DNA from: Spirulina sp.
Lineage (GTDB): Bacteria > Cyanobacteriota > Cyanobacteriia > Phormidesmidales > Phormidesmidaceae
Direction: 5' to 3'
Length of the DNA: 64,000 nt
NCBI GenBank assembly: GCA_044070495.1
Contig: JBIPSI010000005.1
Coordinates: 115,565 to 179,564 of the forward strand
Shown: one piece after another, positions 9,477 through 19,673 of the stretch
How positions within the stretch are numbered: the stretch's first letter is position 1
Layout of the letters: each line of letters starts with the position of its first letter
Notes under the pieces: generated by a model
The model's database searches: none
Seen by the model: the letters and a program-made list of their open reading frames with translations, nothing else
What the model was told of the DNA's origin: nothing
Position numbers and translations under genes: made by a program

Positions 9477-11503
9477 AGGAGTTCCTGATATTCGGCACGA
9501 ATTTGATACACCGATGGCCGTTGACCATCTGCCCCCTTCTCAATCAATCCCTGATCAAGCATCGACTTTAGGGCATTGACAACCTGAAAGCGGGTTAGAC
9601 CCAGGTCGGTTTCAATGCGCGAAAAGGAGGCTGATCCTACGGTATCTAAAAAGTCGAAAATGCGAGACTCGATTACGTTTTCCGTCTGAGCGGATGGGCT
9701 GCTACTGGCCACGGGTAGGGTGTCTACGGCGGCTATCACCGTAGTGGCTGGTACCGCTTGATCTAGGGCAGAGTCAGTGATTAAAGACTCCACCGCCATG
9801 CTTTCCGCCGCTGCCGCTGCAAAACCTGGGGCTTCTGCCGCCTGCTCTGAGGGTGCAGGTTGTTCTACAACATATTGATCTAGCACGGGTGTGGCCTCAC
9901 CGAGACCAGACTCCTCCAAAACCGCTGAGTCTTCTGGACTCGGCTCGTCTAGACCAGGCTCCTCGAAGACTGCTGATTCATACACCGAAATATCTCGGCT
10001 AGGCTCTTCCCAAAAGGGTTCTGCGTCGAGGGCTTGGGCTTCGTCGGCCACCTCGTCTAGGAACGGTTCTTCCTCAAAGGCAGGAAGTTCCTGGGTCGCC
10101 TCTTCCAAAAATGGTTCCTCTTCGAGGATGACGTCCTCTGGCATAGGCTCCTCGAAGTGAGCTTCTACAGGGAAAGGATCGGCCTCCGCAACAGGTTCCT
10201 CTAGGACAGGCTCCTCGGCAACGGGTTCCTCCGCAACGAGTTCCTCCGCAACGGATTCCTCGATAACGGATTCTTCCGCAACGGGTTCTTCTACAAGAAG
10301 TTCTTCTGCGACGGGTTCCTCGGCGACAGGTTCCTCTAGGGCGGGTTCCTCCTCGATAACGAGTTCTTCTGCGACGGGTTCCTCTAGAGCAGATTCCTCA
10401 AGGACAGGTTCTTCTGCAATGGGTTCTTCAATCGCAGGTTCTTCCGCAACGGCTTCTTCCGCAACGGGCTGTTCCATCACGGGTTCTTCTGCAACAGGAG
10501 CGGGATCAGGAATTGGGGGCATCTCTGGGGCTGCCCCACTCTCATCATCATCTCCATGCAGGCGGGCGGTGCGTTGGCCGTCACGGGTACCTTTGAGCTG
10601 TTCTGCAATGTCCACCTGGGATGCCACGAACTGGTTGAACAGATCCCACAGGTGGCGAGTGGCTTCGGGCAGGGGGTGTTTCGACCGATCTAGCAGCACG
10701 TCGCTACAGACATCCCGAAAATCCGCATTTTCGGCCAGGGGAGTAATGCCGTGGTCGTTGCAGATGGTGGCAATCATCAGGCTGGGCCGCAGGCTGGAGA
10801 TCATATCCGGGGCCGCATCGGTCTGGTATGCCTTCACGATGCGCACAATTTGCAGGGCGGCGGCGGCGTCAATGCCGACCTTTTGGGTCAAAATTTGCTG
10901 TTGGGCCAGTTCGTCCGGCTCTGGCATATTGATGGTAATCAGGCGATCCTGGAGGGCGTCCTGGGTGCCGTGGACGCCGCAGTATTCCTCTGGGTTGGAG
11001 GTAAAAATGGCCCGAAAATGGGGGCTAACCCGGATATATTCTGAGCGATTTTGGTTCGGCGGCAGCACCAGCAGCTTTTCTTCCAGGGCCGACAGCAGCA
11101 CGTTGTTCACCTCTGGGCGCGAGCGGTTGAACTCGTCGTAGACCAGGGTGAAGCCCTCCCGGCAGGCTAGGGTGAGGCGGGAGTCAATCCAGTTGTGGCG
11201 CAGTTCGTCCTCCACCTTCATGACGCTGTGGATGTAGTTATCCACCACCTTTTTGCGGGTATAGCCGGTTTGGTTGCCGATCAGGTCAGAGGTTTTGAAT
11301 TCATCATCGCCAAACAGCAGCATGATGGGCCGACCCAGGAGATCGGCCAAGTGCAGGGCCAGGGTGGTTTTACCCGTTCCGGCTGGCCCTTTAAGGTGGA
11401 CAGAATACCCCGATTTTAGGTAGCGCAGGGCGCGAAAGGCGGTTCGTTCTAGGGTGGGGGTCGAAACAAAATTCCGGGGGCGGGCTTGTAGGACGGTGTT
11501 CAC
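9473..11503 (-). CDS. gvpN: Gas vesicle AAA+ ATPase GvpN with long acidic repeat linker and C-terminal winged-helix-like domain
   Basis: GPAGTGKT Walker [10 protein letters not shown] Walker [12 protein letters not shown]; the C-terminal half is E/P/V/A-rich. Confidence 0.93.
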   Translation of the reverse strand: MNTVLQARPRNFVSTPTLERTAFRALRYLKSGYSVHLKGPAGTGKTTLALHLADLLGRPIMLLFGDDEFKTSDLIGNQTGYTRKKVVDNYIHSVMKVEDELRHNWIDSRLTLACREGFTLVYDEFNRSRPEVNNVLLSALEEKLLVLPPNQNRSEYIRVSPHFRAIFTSNPEEYCGVHGTQDALQDRLITINMPEPDELAQQQILTQKVGIDAAAALQIVRIVKAYQTDAAPDMISSLRPSLMIATICNDHGITPLAENADFRDVCSDVLLDRSKHPLPEATRHLWDLFNQFVASQVDIAEQLKGTRDGQRTARLHGDDDESGAAPEMPPIPDPAPVAEEPVMEQPVAEEAVAEEPAIEEPIAEEPVLEESALEEPVAEELVIEEEPALEEPVAEEPVAEELLVEEPVAEESVIEESVAEELVAEEPVAEEPVLEEPVAEADPFPVEAHFEEPMPEDVILEEEPFLEEATQELPAFEEEPFLDEVADEAQALDAEPFWEEPSRDISVYESAVFEEPGLDEPSPEDSAVLEESGLGEATPVLDQYVVEQPAPSEQAAEAPGFAAAAAESMAVESLITDSALDQAVPATTVIAAVDTLPVASSSPSAQTENVIESRIFDFLDTVGSASFSRIETDLGLTRFQVVNALKSMLDQGLIEKGADGQRPSVYQIRAEYQELL
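10150..10500 (-). repeat. Coding tandem repeat of ~15 bp encoding EEPVA-like pentapeptides in gvpN
   Basis: Repeated (g/a)ggttcctc/ggttcttc...gcaac units; protein ...[22 protein letters not shown]... Confidence 0.9.
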
Positions 11504-12777
11504 AGAAGCGCTTCCTCTTTCGCGAGATAGGTGCGGTCTTGTTTAACGATCAAGCCTTTTTGAATTAAGGCATGGAGGGCATCGACGGCCTGGAATCGGG
11601 TAATGCCAAGCTCGGTTTCAATTTCGCTAATGCGGGCACCGTTGGCTAGGTGCAGGTAGTTGTAAACCACCTCTTCTAGGGGGGGCGAATCGGGCGTGAC
11701 GACGGGCGGCTCGGCTACGGCCACAGCGGCCTTAACGGGGGGCATCACCGTGGCGACGGGTTCTGCCTGGGAAACGGGCTGGGGAGCCGTGACGACAGCA
11801 ACAGGGGCCGGACTCACCACTGGGCTAGGGGCTGGACTAGGCGCAGCCACTTTAGCCATGGCTGGCTGTGTTGCCTTGGGGGTTGCCGCTGGACGGGTTT
11901 GGGCCACCGGACGGGCAGGACGGGTTACGGCAGCGGGTCGAGCGACTCCGGCGGGGGCCGGTTTGGGTGCGGCTTTGGGCGCAGGCTTGGGCGTTACCCT
12001 AGGGGCACTTTGCTGCACCTTGGGGGGAGAGTAGCGCCCGGTTCCGGTGCCCCACACTTGCTCGGTTACGGCGGCATGCTGTTCCGCTAGGTGCTGGCGA
12101 AACCCGGCCAGTTCATCAAACATAGCCTCCACTTGTTCGGTGAGGGCTTGGCGATCCTGCTGGCGCTTTTCCTGCTGCTGGACTTCCAAAATTTGACGGT
12201 CGGCGTTGAGGTCATCTAGGGTTTGGCTCACGTCGGCCTTGAGGTTGGTAACGTAATCGGCCAGTTCCGGCAGCAATTCCGCCCGCAGCATGGCCTGATC
12301 TTGGCGATAGCCCGCCAGATCCACCGCCGTTTGCGTTTGAATCGCGTCCACCTGCTGCTGAATGTGGCGCAAATCCTGGGCAATATCTAGGCGTAGCTCG
12401 TCCACGGTGTCGCTTAGATCTTGGCGATCCTGGGCCAATTGTTGCCGAGTTAGGGCCGCACTCAGTTCGCGATCTGATTGATAGTCGGTCAGTAGGGCTT
12501 GGGTTTCGGCCTGAAGCTCTTCGGTGTAGCGCTGAAGGGCTTGACGGAGCGGTGGAATTTGGGCCAGTCGGTCTTCGGTGGTTTGGCCTAGCCATTCAGC
12601 GGTCTCGATCCGCAGGGCTTCCGCCATGTCAGAGAGGTTCTGGTGCAGTTGGCTAGCCTGGGTCAGACGGTCATTTTGCCAAGTCTCCAACTCGACCTGC
12701 ACCTGCTCCCGTCGCTCGGCTACCTCCTGCTGACGGAGGGCACGAGCGTTTTGCCATTGTTCATAAAGTGCTGCCAC
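11500..12777 (-). CDS. gvpC: GvpC-like protein (helical Q/E/L-rich repeats, Pro/Ala linker, C-terminal winged-helix-like domain)
   Basis: Position between gvpA and gvpN; amphipathic helical composition; GTG at 12777 with RBS AAGGGAG. Confidence 0.75.
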   Translation of the reverse strand: MAALYEQWQNARALRQQEVAERREQVQVELETWQNDRLTQASQLHQNLSDMAEALRIETAEWLGQTTEDRLAQIPPLRQALQRYTEELQAETQALLTDYQSDRELSAALTRQQLAQDRQDLSDTVDELRLDIAQDLRHIQQQVDAIQTQTAVDLAGYRQDQAMLRAELLPELADYVTNLKADVSQTLDDLNADRQILEVQQQEKRQQDRQALTEQVEAMFDELAGFRQHLAEQHAAVTEQVWGTGTGRYSPPKVQQSAPRVTPKPAPKAAPKPAPAGVARPAAVTRPARPVAQTRPAATPKATQPAMAKVAAPSPAPSPVVSPAPVAVVTAPQPVSQAEPVATVMPPVKAAVAVAEPPVVTPDSPPLEEVVYNYLHLANGARISEIETELGITRFQAVDALHALIQKGLIVKQDRTYLAKEEALL

Positions 12778-12912
12778 AGGACTGCTCTCCCTTAGATAAC
12801 GATTCAAAAACAGACCTCGGCAACCCCGGTGGGGTTGAGGGAGCCGACGCCTGAGAAGACATCCATTTCTGTCCCCTCACGGCAGAAATCAGCAAACAGG
12901 GATACTTAAGCT

Positions 12913-13032
12913 GCCCTCACCCCCAGCCCCTCTCCCACGGGGAGAGGAAGGCCGGAACGTTTTTCAAAGTCCCTCTCCTCTACCCATGGGAGATGGATTT
13001 AGGGTGTAGCTTGCTTCCCGAAGGGTGGGCTA
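12913..13032. repeat. Palindromic repeat family A copy carrying a ~20-nt micro-insertion, between gvpA and gvpC
   Basis: gccctcacccccagcccctctccc...ggatttagggtg[tagcttgcttcccgaagggt]gggcta. Confidence 0.85.
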
Positions 13033-13111
13033 GATCGGCGAAAGCGGTCGTTTTTGATCTACCGAGTATCCCTGTTGCCTGATGGGACGGTTAGGTCGCA
13101 GAACGACTAAC

Positions 13112-13330
13112 CTATGCGGCGGGAACGGCAGCCTGGGCGGTGAGGCCAACGGCTTCAGCGTACTTGAGGTAGGTATCAACGGAGGCGATCACGACACGGG
13201 CTTCGATGGCCAGCAGTTCAATGCCCACCAGAGAAACGCGAACCCAAGCATCAATCACGATCCCTTTGTCCAGGATGCGGTCAACAACTTCGGCCAAGCT
13301 AGAGGAAGAGTTTACTTTTTCAACAGCCAT
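13112..13330 (-). CDS. gvpA: Major gas vesicle structural protein GvpA
   Basis: [51 protein letters not shown]. Confidence 0.98.
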   Translation of the reverse strand: MAVEKVNSSSSLAEVVDRILDKGIVIDAWVRVSLVGIELLAIEARVVIASVDTYLKYAEAVGLTAQAAVPAA

Positions 13331-13622
13331 GGTTTGAACCCTTAAACAATGAAGTGTGTTTAGTGAAATCGATACGGACGGAATGCGCCCATGGGTACGC
13401 CCGTTGGCTTAGGACGAGGCCAAGTCATCGGGCCACTTGTGAGGTCTATTGACCTGCACATTTGTAGTCTGCCCACTTCAGAATCTAGACTCACACTCTG
13501 GGCACAAGGCTTTATTTATTGTTACGTAAATACTTAAGTCAGCCTTAAGTCGTTGAAACCTGGCGTGTTGGCCGCGCTCCTGGGTACGATAAGGGCTTTA
13601 GTGATGTGAGATACGCTGCGCC

Positions 13623-14093
13623 ATGGATTCCCCCATCGTTGACCGCTTGCTGGATGCGCTGAAGGCTCCTGACCCCCAACACCGGGAAGCCGCCACCGAG
13701 CAACTTTGGCAACTGTGGTTTAGCCAAAAGGGTGCCCAGGGCTTTCGCAATCTCCAGCAAAGCCAAGCGCTGATGGATAAGGGCTATTTCACTGATGCCG
13801 AGGCGCTGTTGTCCCAGGTGATCGCCGACCTGCCTGACTTTGCCGAAGCCTGGAACCGGCGAGCCGTCCTCTACTATTTGCAAGACCGCTACCTAGAAGC
13901 CATGGCCGACTGTCGGCGGGTGATTGAACTGATTCCCTACCACTTTGGGGCGCTGCACGGGTTGGGCCTTTGCCATGCCGCCCTGGGGCAATATCCCGAA
14001 GCGATTCAGGCCTTTCAAAAGGCCCTTTCCGTACAACCCTACGCCATCACCAACCAGCGCCTCTTGCTGGAATGCACCGCCCGCCTCAGCTAA
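13623..14093 (+). CDS. Tetratricopeptide repeat protein
   Basis: PDFAEAWNRRA, PYHFGALHGLG...EAIQAFQKAL TPR motifs. Confidence 0.88.
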   Translation: MDSPIVDRLLDALKAPDPQHREAATEQLWQLWFSQKGAQGFRNLQQSQALMDKGYFTDAEALLSQVIADLPDFAEAWNRRAVLYYLQDRYLEAMADCRRVIELIPYHFGALHGLGLCHAALGQYPEAIQAFQKALSVQPYAITNQRLLLECTARLS

Positions 14094-14107
14094 GCCCATT
14101 GCCTAGG

Positions 14108-16072
14108 CTACTCCGCTGGGGGCAGCACAAAGGTGGGGAATAGCTCGGCGGTGCAGCTTGTATCGGGGGTGCGGTCGGGATCGTTCACAAAGGCGACCCC
14201 GATATCCTTGGCGCACTGGGAGGCCACGATGGCCCCGTGTCCGGTGCTGGAAAACTCCACAAAGGTACCGTTGCGTAGCCCCTCCATCACCCCGATGCCC
14301 ATTTCGGTGTTGGTTTGCACATCGTAGCGGCCTTGCAGCACCAGGGTGGGGATGGTGCTGTTGACCGGGGCGTGTTCGCGGGTGGGGGCGGGTTCAACGG
14401 GCCAGAAGGAGCAGAGGTCGTAGGCTTGCTGGGCGGCCACTATCCGCCCCAGGCCGAGCTGGGGCATCAGCATGGTCTCGTAGTTGATTTGGGTTTGGTC
14501 TGGATCACTAAAGGGCACCAGTTCGCGGCAGTCTAAACTACGAAACATGCCTGTGGTGATGTCATCAATGGGGGCAATGGAGTCGGTCAGGGCCGAGACC
14601 ACGTCGTAGACATGGCGCACCTCGATATCGGACATGGCGTTGACGGCCTCGGTCAGGGTGGCGGCGGTGTCGCCCTCAAATTCTTCCGCTACAAAGGCGA
14701 TCAGGGTCTCCCGGTTGCGAGGACTCTCGGTATAGCCCACCCCCAAGAGGTTGACCAACAGCAGCACCCCCTCCGATTCAGGCAGGGTGTCGGCAATGGC
14801 TTGGATCTGCTGTACCCAGCGGCTGGCAGGGCGGCTGGTTTCGGCGGCGGTGGCCCTAGCCCGTAGAATATCCTCCGCCTTGGCCTCAAAATCTCGCGCT
14901 TGCAGACGGTAGACCTCGGGCGAAGATTCAAAGGTCGGTGGGTTGGCTGCGGTGCTGAATAGTGACCCGCTGATCACCCCGGCAAAGGTGGTGGTGATGC
15001 CCTGCTCTAGCTCGTGGACAATCAGCGGCAGGTAGGGGGCAATCTGGCCGGGTTTGTGGTTCATCAGCTCGATCAGGGTGGCAAACTCGGCGGCGGTGAT
15101 GCGCTCCAGGGGGGTAGTCCGCTCTAGGGGGGTGACGGGTGCCGCTAGGGGAATGGGGGCTTCATCGAGCCGGTTGAGCAGGGCTTGGGTGCGCTCCACC
15201 AAGTTGGGATAGGCGGCACCGCAGGCGGTATCGGCTTCGCAATCTGCCACCAGGTTGAGGAAGCTGATCTCCAGGTCGCGGACGATGGCTTCATACTTGC
15301 TGGCCTGCATGGGCACAGTGGAGTCGAGCACTGCGCTGCGCACCCGGTCGGGGTGGTTGGCCATAATCCGCTGGGCCAGGTAGGTGCCGTAGGAAATGCC
15401 GTAGAGGTTGATCGGGCCGTAGCCCAGGGCGGCGGTCAGATTTACCACGTCCTGGGCACTGTTGGGGGTGTTGTAGTTGCTGAGGTCGTTGCCGTGGTTT
15501 TCTAGCACCCGCGCACAGAGGTCGAAGAAGGCATAGTTTTGCAGCGTGTCGTCATCGGTGTTGGGCAAGCGTGCGCGCAACCGATTGACGAGCGGATCCA
15601 GGGTGCCTGCGTAGGGGCTGCTGGGATCGAGCAACACACCCAAGGTCAGCAGCGCCACCGGGGCACAGCCCAGCCGATTAGAGAAGAGCGTTCCCCGCTG
15701 ATCCAACACAATAATGTCGCGGGTTTGGCGCAGGGGTTCGTAGATGTTCACCCGCGTTTCTAAGGCCCCTGATTCCAGGGTGCTGCCCCCTGGCCCGCCG
15801 CGCAAATCCATCACCGGATCTGGGGCGGGGGAAAGGCTGCGGCTGTGCAGCACGGCGTAGGTGAGTTCAATCTGGCGACCGTTGGGTTCAGCGTAGTTTT
15901 CCGGCACGGTGAACATGCCGCAGGTGATGGTTTCGCCTTCAATTTCGTTGGGCGGCAACACCGTGGGGCAGGGGATGACGGTAATCGAATGGCGGGGAGC
16001 CTGGGCCAGGGCGGGGATTTGGGCTGCGAGGGTAGCGGCGAAGGCGAGGAGGGGTAGGGGTAGGAGTTTCAT
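14108..16072 (-). CDS. Secreted alpha/beta hydrolase (TAP/tripeptidyl-peptidase-like) with a large helical insertion
   Basis: Signal peptide ending ALA-Q; GGPG, DQRG, YGISYGT nucleophile, GRYD, GHG. Confidence 0.88.
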   Translation of the reverse strand: MKLLPLPLLAFAATLAAQIPALAQAPRHSITVIPCPTVLPPNEIEGETITCGMFTVPENYAEPNGRQIELTYAVLHSRSLSPAPDPVMDLRGGPGGSTLESGALETRVNIYEPLRQTRDIIVLDQRGTLFSNRLGCAPVALLTLGVLLDPSSPYAGTLDPLVNRLRARLPNTDDDTLQNYAFFDLCARVLENHGNDLSNYNTPNSAQDVVNLTAALGYGPINLYGISYGTYLAQRIMANHPDRVRSAVLDSTVPMQASKYEAIVRDLEISFLNLVADCEADTACGAAYPNLVERTQALLNRLDEAPIPLAAPVTPLERTTPLERITAAEFATLIELMNHKPGQIAPYLPLIVHELEQGITTTFAGVISGSLFSTAANPPTFESSPEVYRLQARDFEAKAEDILRARATAAETSRPASRWVQQIQAIADTLPESEGVLLLVNLLGVGYTESPRNRETLIAFVAEEFEGDTAATLTEAVNAMSDIEVRHVYDVVSALTDSIAPIDDITTGMFRSLDCRELVPFSDPDQTQINYETMLMPQLGLGRIVAAQQAYDLCSFWPVEPAPTREHAPVNSTIPTLVLQGRYDVQTNTEMGIGVMEGLRNGTFVEFSSTGHGAIVASQCAKDIGVAFVNDPDRTPDTSCTAELFPTFVLPPAE

Positions 16073-16075
16073 GGT

Positions 16076-16131
16076 GGGTTGGAAGGTGGGAATGTTGGAA
16101 GGTGGGAACGTTGGAACGCTGGAAAGTGGGG
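16076..16131. repeat. Short tandem ~8-nt repeats (TGGAA(G/C)GT-like)
   Basis: ggttggaaggtgggaatgttggaaggtgggaacgttggaacgctggaaagtgg between the amidase and hydrolase genes. Confidence 0.7.
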
Positions 16132-16160
16132 AGCTTTGAATTTTTGGAATTGGGGGAGGG

Positions 16161-17936
16161 TTATTGGGGGCTGGGTATGGCGTGGTGGAGGTTGGTGAAG
16201 GTGGCTAGGGTCTTGTCTAGATCGGGGGGCTGGCGGGCTTGGGTGGCTTGCTCGATGGCATAGCCCACCGCCAGCAGATCGGGTTCGCTGAGGGCTTTGC
16301 CGATCAGAAAAACGCCGAGGGGTTCGCCCGTCTCAGCAAAATCGATGGGCACGGTGAGGGCGGGGTATCCGGCGGCGGCGTAGGCTTGGGTACTGGCGAT
16401 CAGCACATCAATGTCCGCTTCAGCAAAGAGCTGGTCGAGGGCGGCGCGGGCGGTGGTTTGGTGGGTGTCGCGCAGGGTGGTGTAGGCGGAGGAGGGGCTG
16501 TCGCTGCGCTGGGCGGTGCTGAGGTGGTCTTGCCCGTAGGGAATACGGTTGGCGGGGTCGGCGTTGTTGAAGGAAATGACATCGATCAGGGCGGCGACGG
16601 GCGGGTTGGGTAGGGTGGGCAAAAAGGCGTTGAGGGAGGCTTTGAAGCCGGGGGGCAATGCGGCGTTGGCATCCGGGGCTGGGGGCACGGTGTTGCTATC
16701 CACCTCAACAACGGGGATGCCCTGCTGGGTGAGGGCTGAGATCGCCTTGTTGGCGATTTGATTGGCCCGTTGGTACCGGCTTACGAGGCTGGGTAAGAGC
16801 GCCACAATGTCCGCTGTCATCTCGGCGGGCGGATTGGCGATCGCCGCTTCTAACTGGTCGATGACGGCCTCTGAGGTCACGGCCACGCCGACCCGCTGCT
16901 GCCTGGCCCGATCCAGATCCAAAAACCGGGTAAAGTCGGCGCTTTGCAGCTCCGCCACGGCGGGGTCAGGGCTTTCCTCCGAGCCTTCATCGGTGTGGGT
17001 GAGGGCGCTGAGCAGGGTGGCCACATCGGTCACGGTGCGGCCCATTGGCCCCGGCACATCCATCCAGTCCACCAGGGGAATAACGTAGTCGCCGTTGACC
17101 AGGCCGTGGGTGGGTTTCAGCCCTACAATGCCGTTGGTGGCCGCTGGTTTGACGATGGAACCCTCGGTTTCGCTGCCCACGCTGACGGCGGTGAGGCTGA
17201 CCGCCACAGACACCGCTGAGCCAGAGCTAGAGCCGAGCGGGTCAAAGGGGCCGTAGGGATGGCGGGTTTGCCCGCCCAGGGCGCTAAAGCCGCTGGGCAT
17301 GGCAGGATCCACATAGTTCGCCCATTCCGATAGGTTGGCCTTGCCGAGAATCACGGCCCCTGAGTTCCGCAGGTTTTTGACCAGTTGGGCATCGCGATCA
17401 CCCCGCCAATCCTTCAGTGCTACAGCCCCGGCGGCGCTGTGCATTTGGTCGCCCGTGATGATGTTGTCTTTAATGAGTACCGGGATGCCGTGCATCGGCC
17501 CCCACAGGTTGCCCTCGGCCCGTTCGGCATCCAGGTTGCGGGCGATCTCCAGAGCATCGGGGTTTAGCTCCATCACCGAGTTGAGCTGGTTGACGTCGTA
17601 GCGCTGAATCCGATCCAGGTAGTAGATCACCAGTTCCTCGGCGGTGATCACCCCCCGCGCCATGTATTGCTGGAGTTCAGGCACCGTAGCCTCTGGCAAC
17701 CGCAGCCGATCATTCAGGTAGCGCCGCCGCCCTGAGGGCCATGCCGCTAGCGCCTCGGCAAAGGGGCCGAAGTCGCGCAGGCGCTTGCTGGTGTAGTCGG
17801 GTTCTGACACCGGGAACTCCGTCGGGTAGGCGCGAGGGGGGCCTTCGGGAGGTGGGGGAACGGCAGCGACGTGGGTAGCCAGGGTGAGGGCAATCGCGGC
17901 CAGGGCCAGCGGTAAAATGCGACGCAGGAGTTTCAT
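16161..17936 (-). CDS. Secreted amidase-signature family enzyme
   Basis: Signal peptide MKLLRRILPLALAAIA; IKDNI (Lys), GSSSGS and GSETEGSI catalytic triad motifs. Confidence 0.92.
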   Translation of the reverse strand: MKLLRRILPLALAAIALTLATHVAAVPPPPEGPPRAYPTEFPVSEPDYTSKRLRDFGPFAEALAAWPSGRRRYLNDRLRLPEATVPELQQYMARGVITAEELVIYYLDRIQRYDVNQLNSVMELNPDALEIARNLDAERAEGNLWGPMHGIPVLIKDNIITGDQMHSAAGAVALKDWRGDRDAQLVKNLRNSGAVILGKANLSEWANYVDPAMPSGFSALGGQTRHPYGPFDPLGSSSGSAVSVAVSLTAVSVGSETEGSIVKPAATNGIVGLKPTHGLVNGDYVIPLVDWMDVPGPMGRTVTDVATLLSALTHTDEGSEESPDPAVAELQSADFTRFLDLDRARQQRVGVAVTSEAVIDQLEAAIANPPAEMTADIVALLPSLVSRYQRANQIANKAISALTQQGIPVVEVDSNTVPPAPDANAALPPGFKASLNAFLPTLPNPPVAALIDVISFNNADPANRIPYGQDHLSTAQRSDSPSSAYTTLRDTHQTTARAALDQLFAEADIDVLIASTQAYAAAGYPALTVPIDFAETGEPLGVFLIGKALSEPDLLAVGYAIEQATQARQPPDLDKTLATFTNLHHAIPSPQ

Positions 17937-17973
17937 GGGGGCTGGATGAACGTAAAGGGGAAAGATGACTGGC

Positions 17974-19491
17974 CTACTCGTACTCAAACCTGGGTGTGAC
18001 TTCAGCCAGGCAGCTACTCTCCGGCGTTTGGGTGGGGTCGGCCAGGAAATCGAGGGCAATCGCCTCTACACAGGTCGCGGCTGGGGTGCCCGGTGGTGCC
18101 ACCATCGAGCCGTGACCCACACCGGGGAAGGTGTAGACATAGGCATTCTGAAAATTGCGGGCAACGGTCTCGCCGTAGAGTTGGGGCGTGACCGGGTCGT
18201 AGCCGCCATTGAGCACTAGGACGGGAATCTCGGTGTTGTCGTAGGCGAAGATTGGCTCTCGCTCAACCTGAAGCAGTTCGCAGAAGCTCTGATAGGAAGC
18301 ACTCTCACTCTCCCCGATCGCGATCAGCTGCTCGTAGGGGGCAGGAAACACGGTAGACGGATCTACTGCCACGGAATCGACCCGCGAACAGAGCACCGCG
18401 TGATACATGCCTGTGGCCTCAGTATCCTGGAGCTTCTCCGAGAGTGCGGTTACGGCCCAGCTAAAATCTCCCTCAGCCGCCTGGTAAATGTTCTGGGGCA
18501 GGGCTGAGGCATTCAGACTGCTGGCCATATGGGCTTCAAAAAACAGCAGAAATTCGTTTCGATCTAGCGTGGTTTCCAGGGGTTCCTTGGTGTCGGGGAT
18601 CGAGAGCGTCAGCGGAGCAGGGGTTTGCTCTAGACGATCCAGCACGCTCAGAAAGACGGTTTCCAGGTTGGGGTAGGTCTGATTACACTGGGCATCGGCG
18701 GCGCAGGCGGCAAACAGGTTGCGCAGCGCCCCGCTAAAGGTGTAGGTAGCGGCCAGGTTAAAGTCGATATTCGTCGTCACCACCCCGTCGAGGATCGCAC
18801 TGCGGAGCTGGGCGGTGTGTTCCTCCGCCTGCTCTAGCACGTATTGCCCCAGCAGCGTGCCGTAGGACACCCCGTAGTAATTAAACTCGTCGTAGCCCAG
18901 GGCTTCGGCCACCGCATAGATATCGGCGGCATTTTCGATGGTGTTGAAGGCGTTGGGGTTAATGCCTGCGGCAAGACTGCGATCGAGGCAGGCCTCCATC
19001 CACTGGGTATCGGTGGGGGCGATCTCGTCGCGAGCCACCGATATATTGTGATCGGTTCTCTCGGGGCAGTTAAAGAAGGGGCGTGAATGCCCAGTGCCCC
19101 GCTGATCGACAAACACGAGATCGCGCTCTTGCAGCAAGGCGGGTAACACCGGCCAGATGGTTAACACATCGACCGCAAAGGTTTTAATGGTCGTGCTGCC
19201 GGGGCCACCATTTTCCACAAACAAGGGGGATGGGGCAGGGTTCTCGCCAATGCTGCGGGTTCTGACTACTGCCACCTGAATGGTCGGCCCATCGGGTTGG
19301 CTGTGGCGCTCTGGCACGGTGACATAGCCGCAGTCAGACATGGCGCTTTGCAGCACGTTCAGACCAAAGGTGGAGCAGTCGGTGGATTCCCAAGCGGGGC
19401 TGGTAGGGGCACTGCCCATCGCTGGCGTGGCCGTGACGATGGTAATGCCCAGGGCAGCGAGTCCGATCAAGCGATTGAATGAGTGAGTCAT
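17974..19491 (-). CDS. Secreted alpha/beta hydrolase (TAP-like), paralogue of 14108-16072
   Basis: Signal peptide; CGYVTVPE, GGPG, DQRGTG, YGVSYGT, YDPVTP, GHG. Confidence 0.9.
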   Translation of the reverse strand: MTHSFNRLIGLAALGITIVTATPAMGSAPTSPAWESTDCSTFGLNVLQSAMSDCGYVTVPERHSQPDGPTIQVAVVRTRSIGENPAPSPLFVENGGPGSTTIKTFAVDVLTIWPVLPALLQERDLVFVDQRGTGHSRPFFNCPERTDHNISVARDEIAPTDTQWMEACLDRSLAAGINPNAFNTIENAADIYAVAEALGYDEFNYYGVSYGTLLGQYVLEQAEEHTAQLRSAILDGVVTTNIDFNLAATYTFSGALRNLFAACAADAQCNQTYPNLETVFLSVLDRLEQTPAPLTLSIPDTKEPLETTLDRNEFLLFFEAHMASSLNASALPQNIYQAAEGDFSWAVTALSEKLQDTEATGMYHAVLCSRVDSVAVDPSTVFPAPYEQLIAIGESESASYQSFCELLQVEREPIFAYDNTEIPVLVLNGGYDPVTPQLYGETVARNFQNAYVYTFPGVGHGSMVAPPGTPAATCVEAIALDFLADPTQTPESSCLAEVTPRFEYE

Positions 19492-19673
19492 GGTGGGGTT
19501 TCCTGGATGGCTAGAAAAAAACGAGTCAGACGAGCATTGGGAACATTTGGTCGAGATCCCAGGGTTCTTTAGCCTGTTAACCACGAGTGTTGGCTTACCC
19601 ACCAACAGAACTCTGGGATCTGGTCTTCGATAGAATAGGATCTACGGCCTTGCGTGAGCGGAGCACGGTACCC

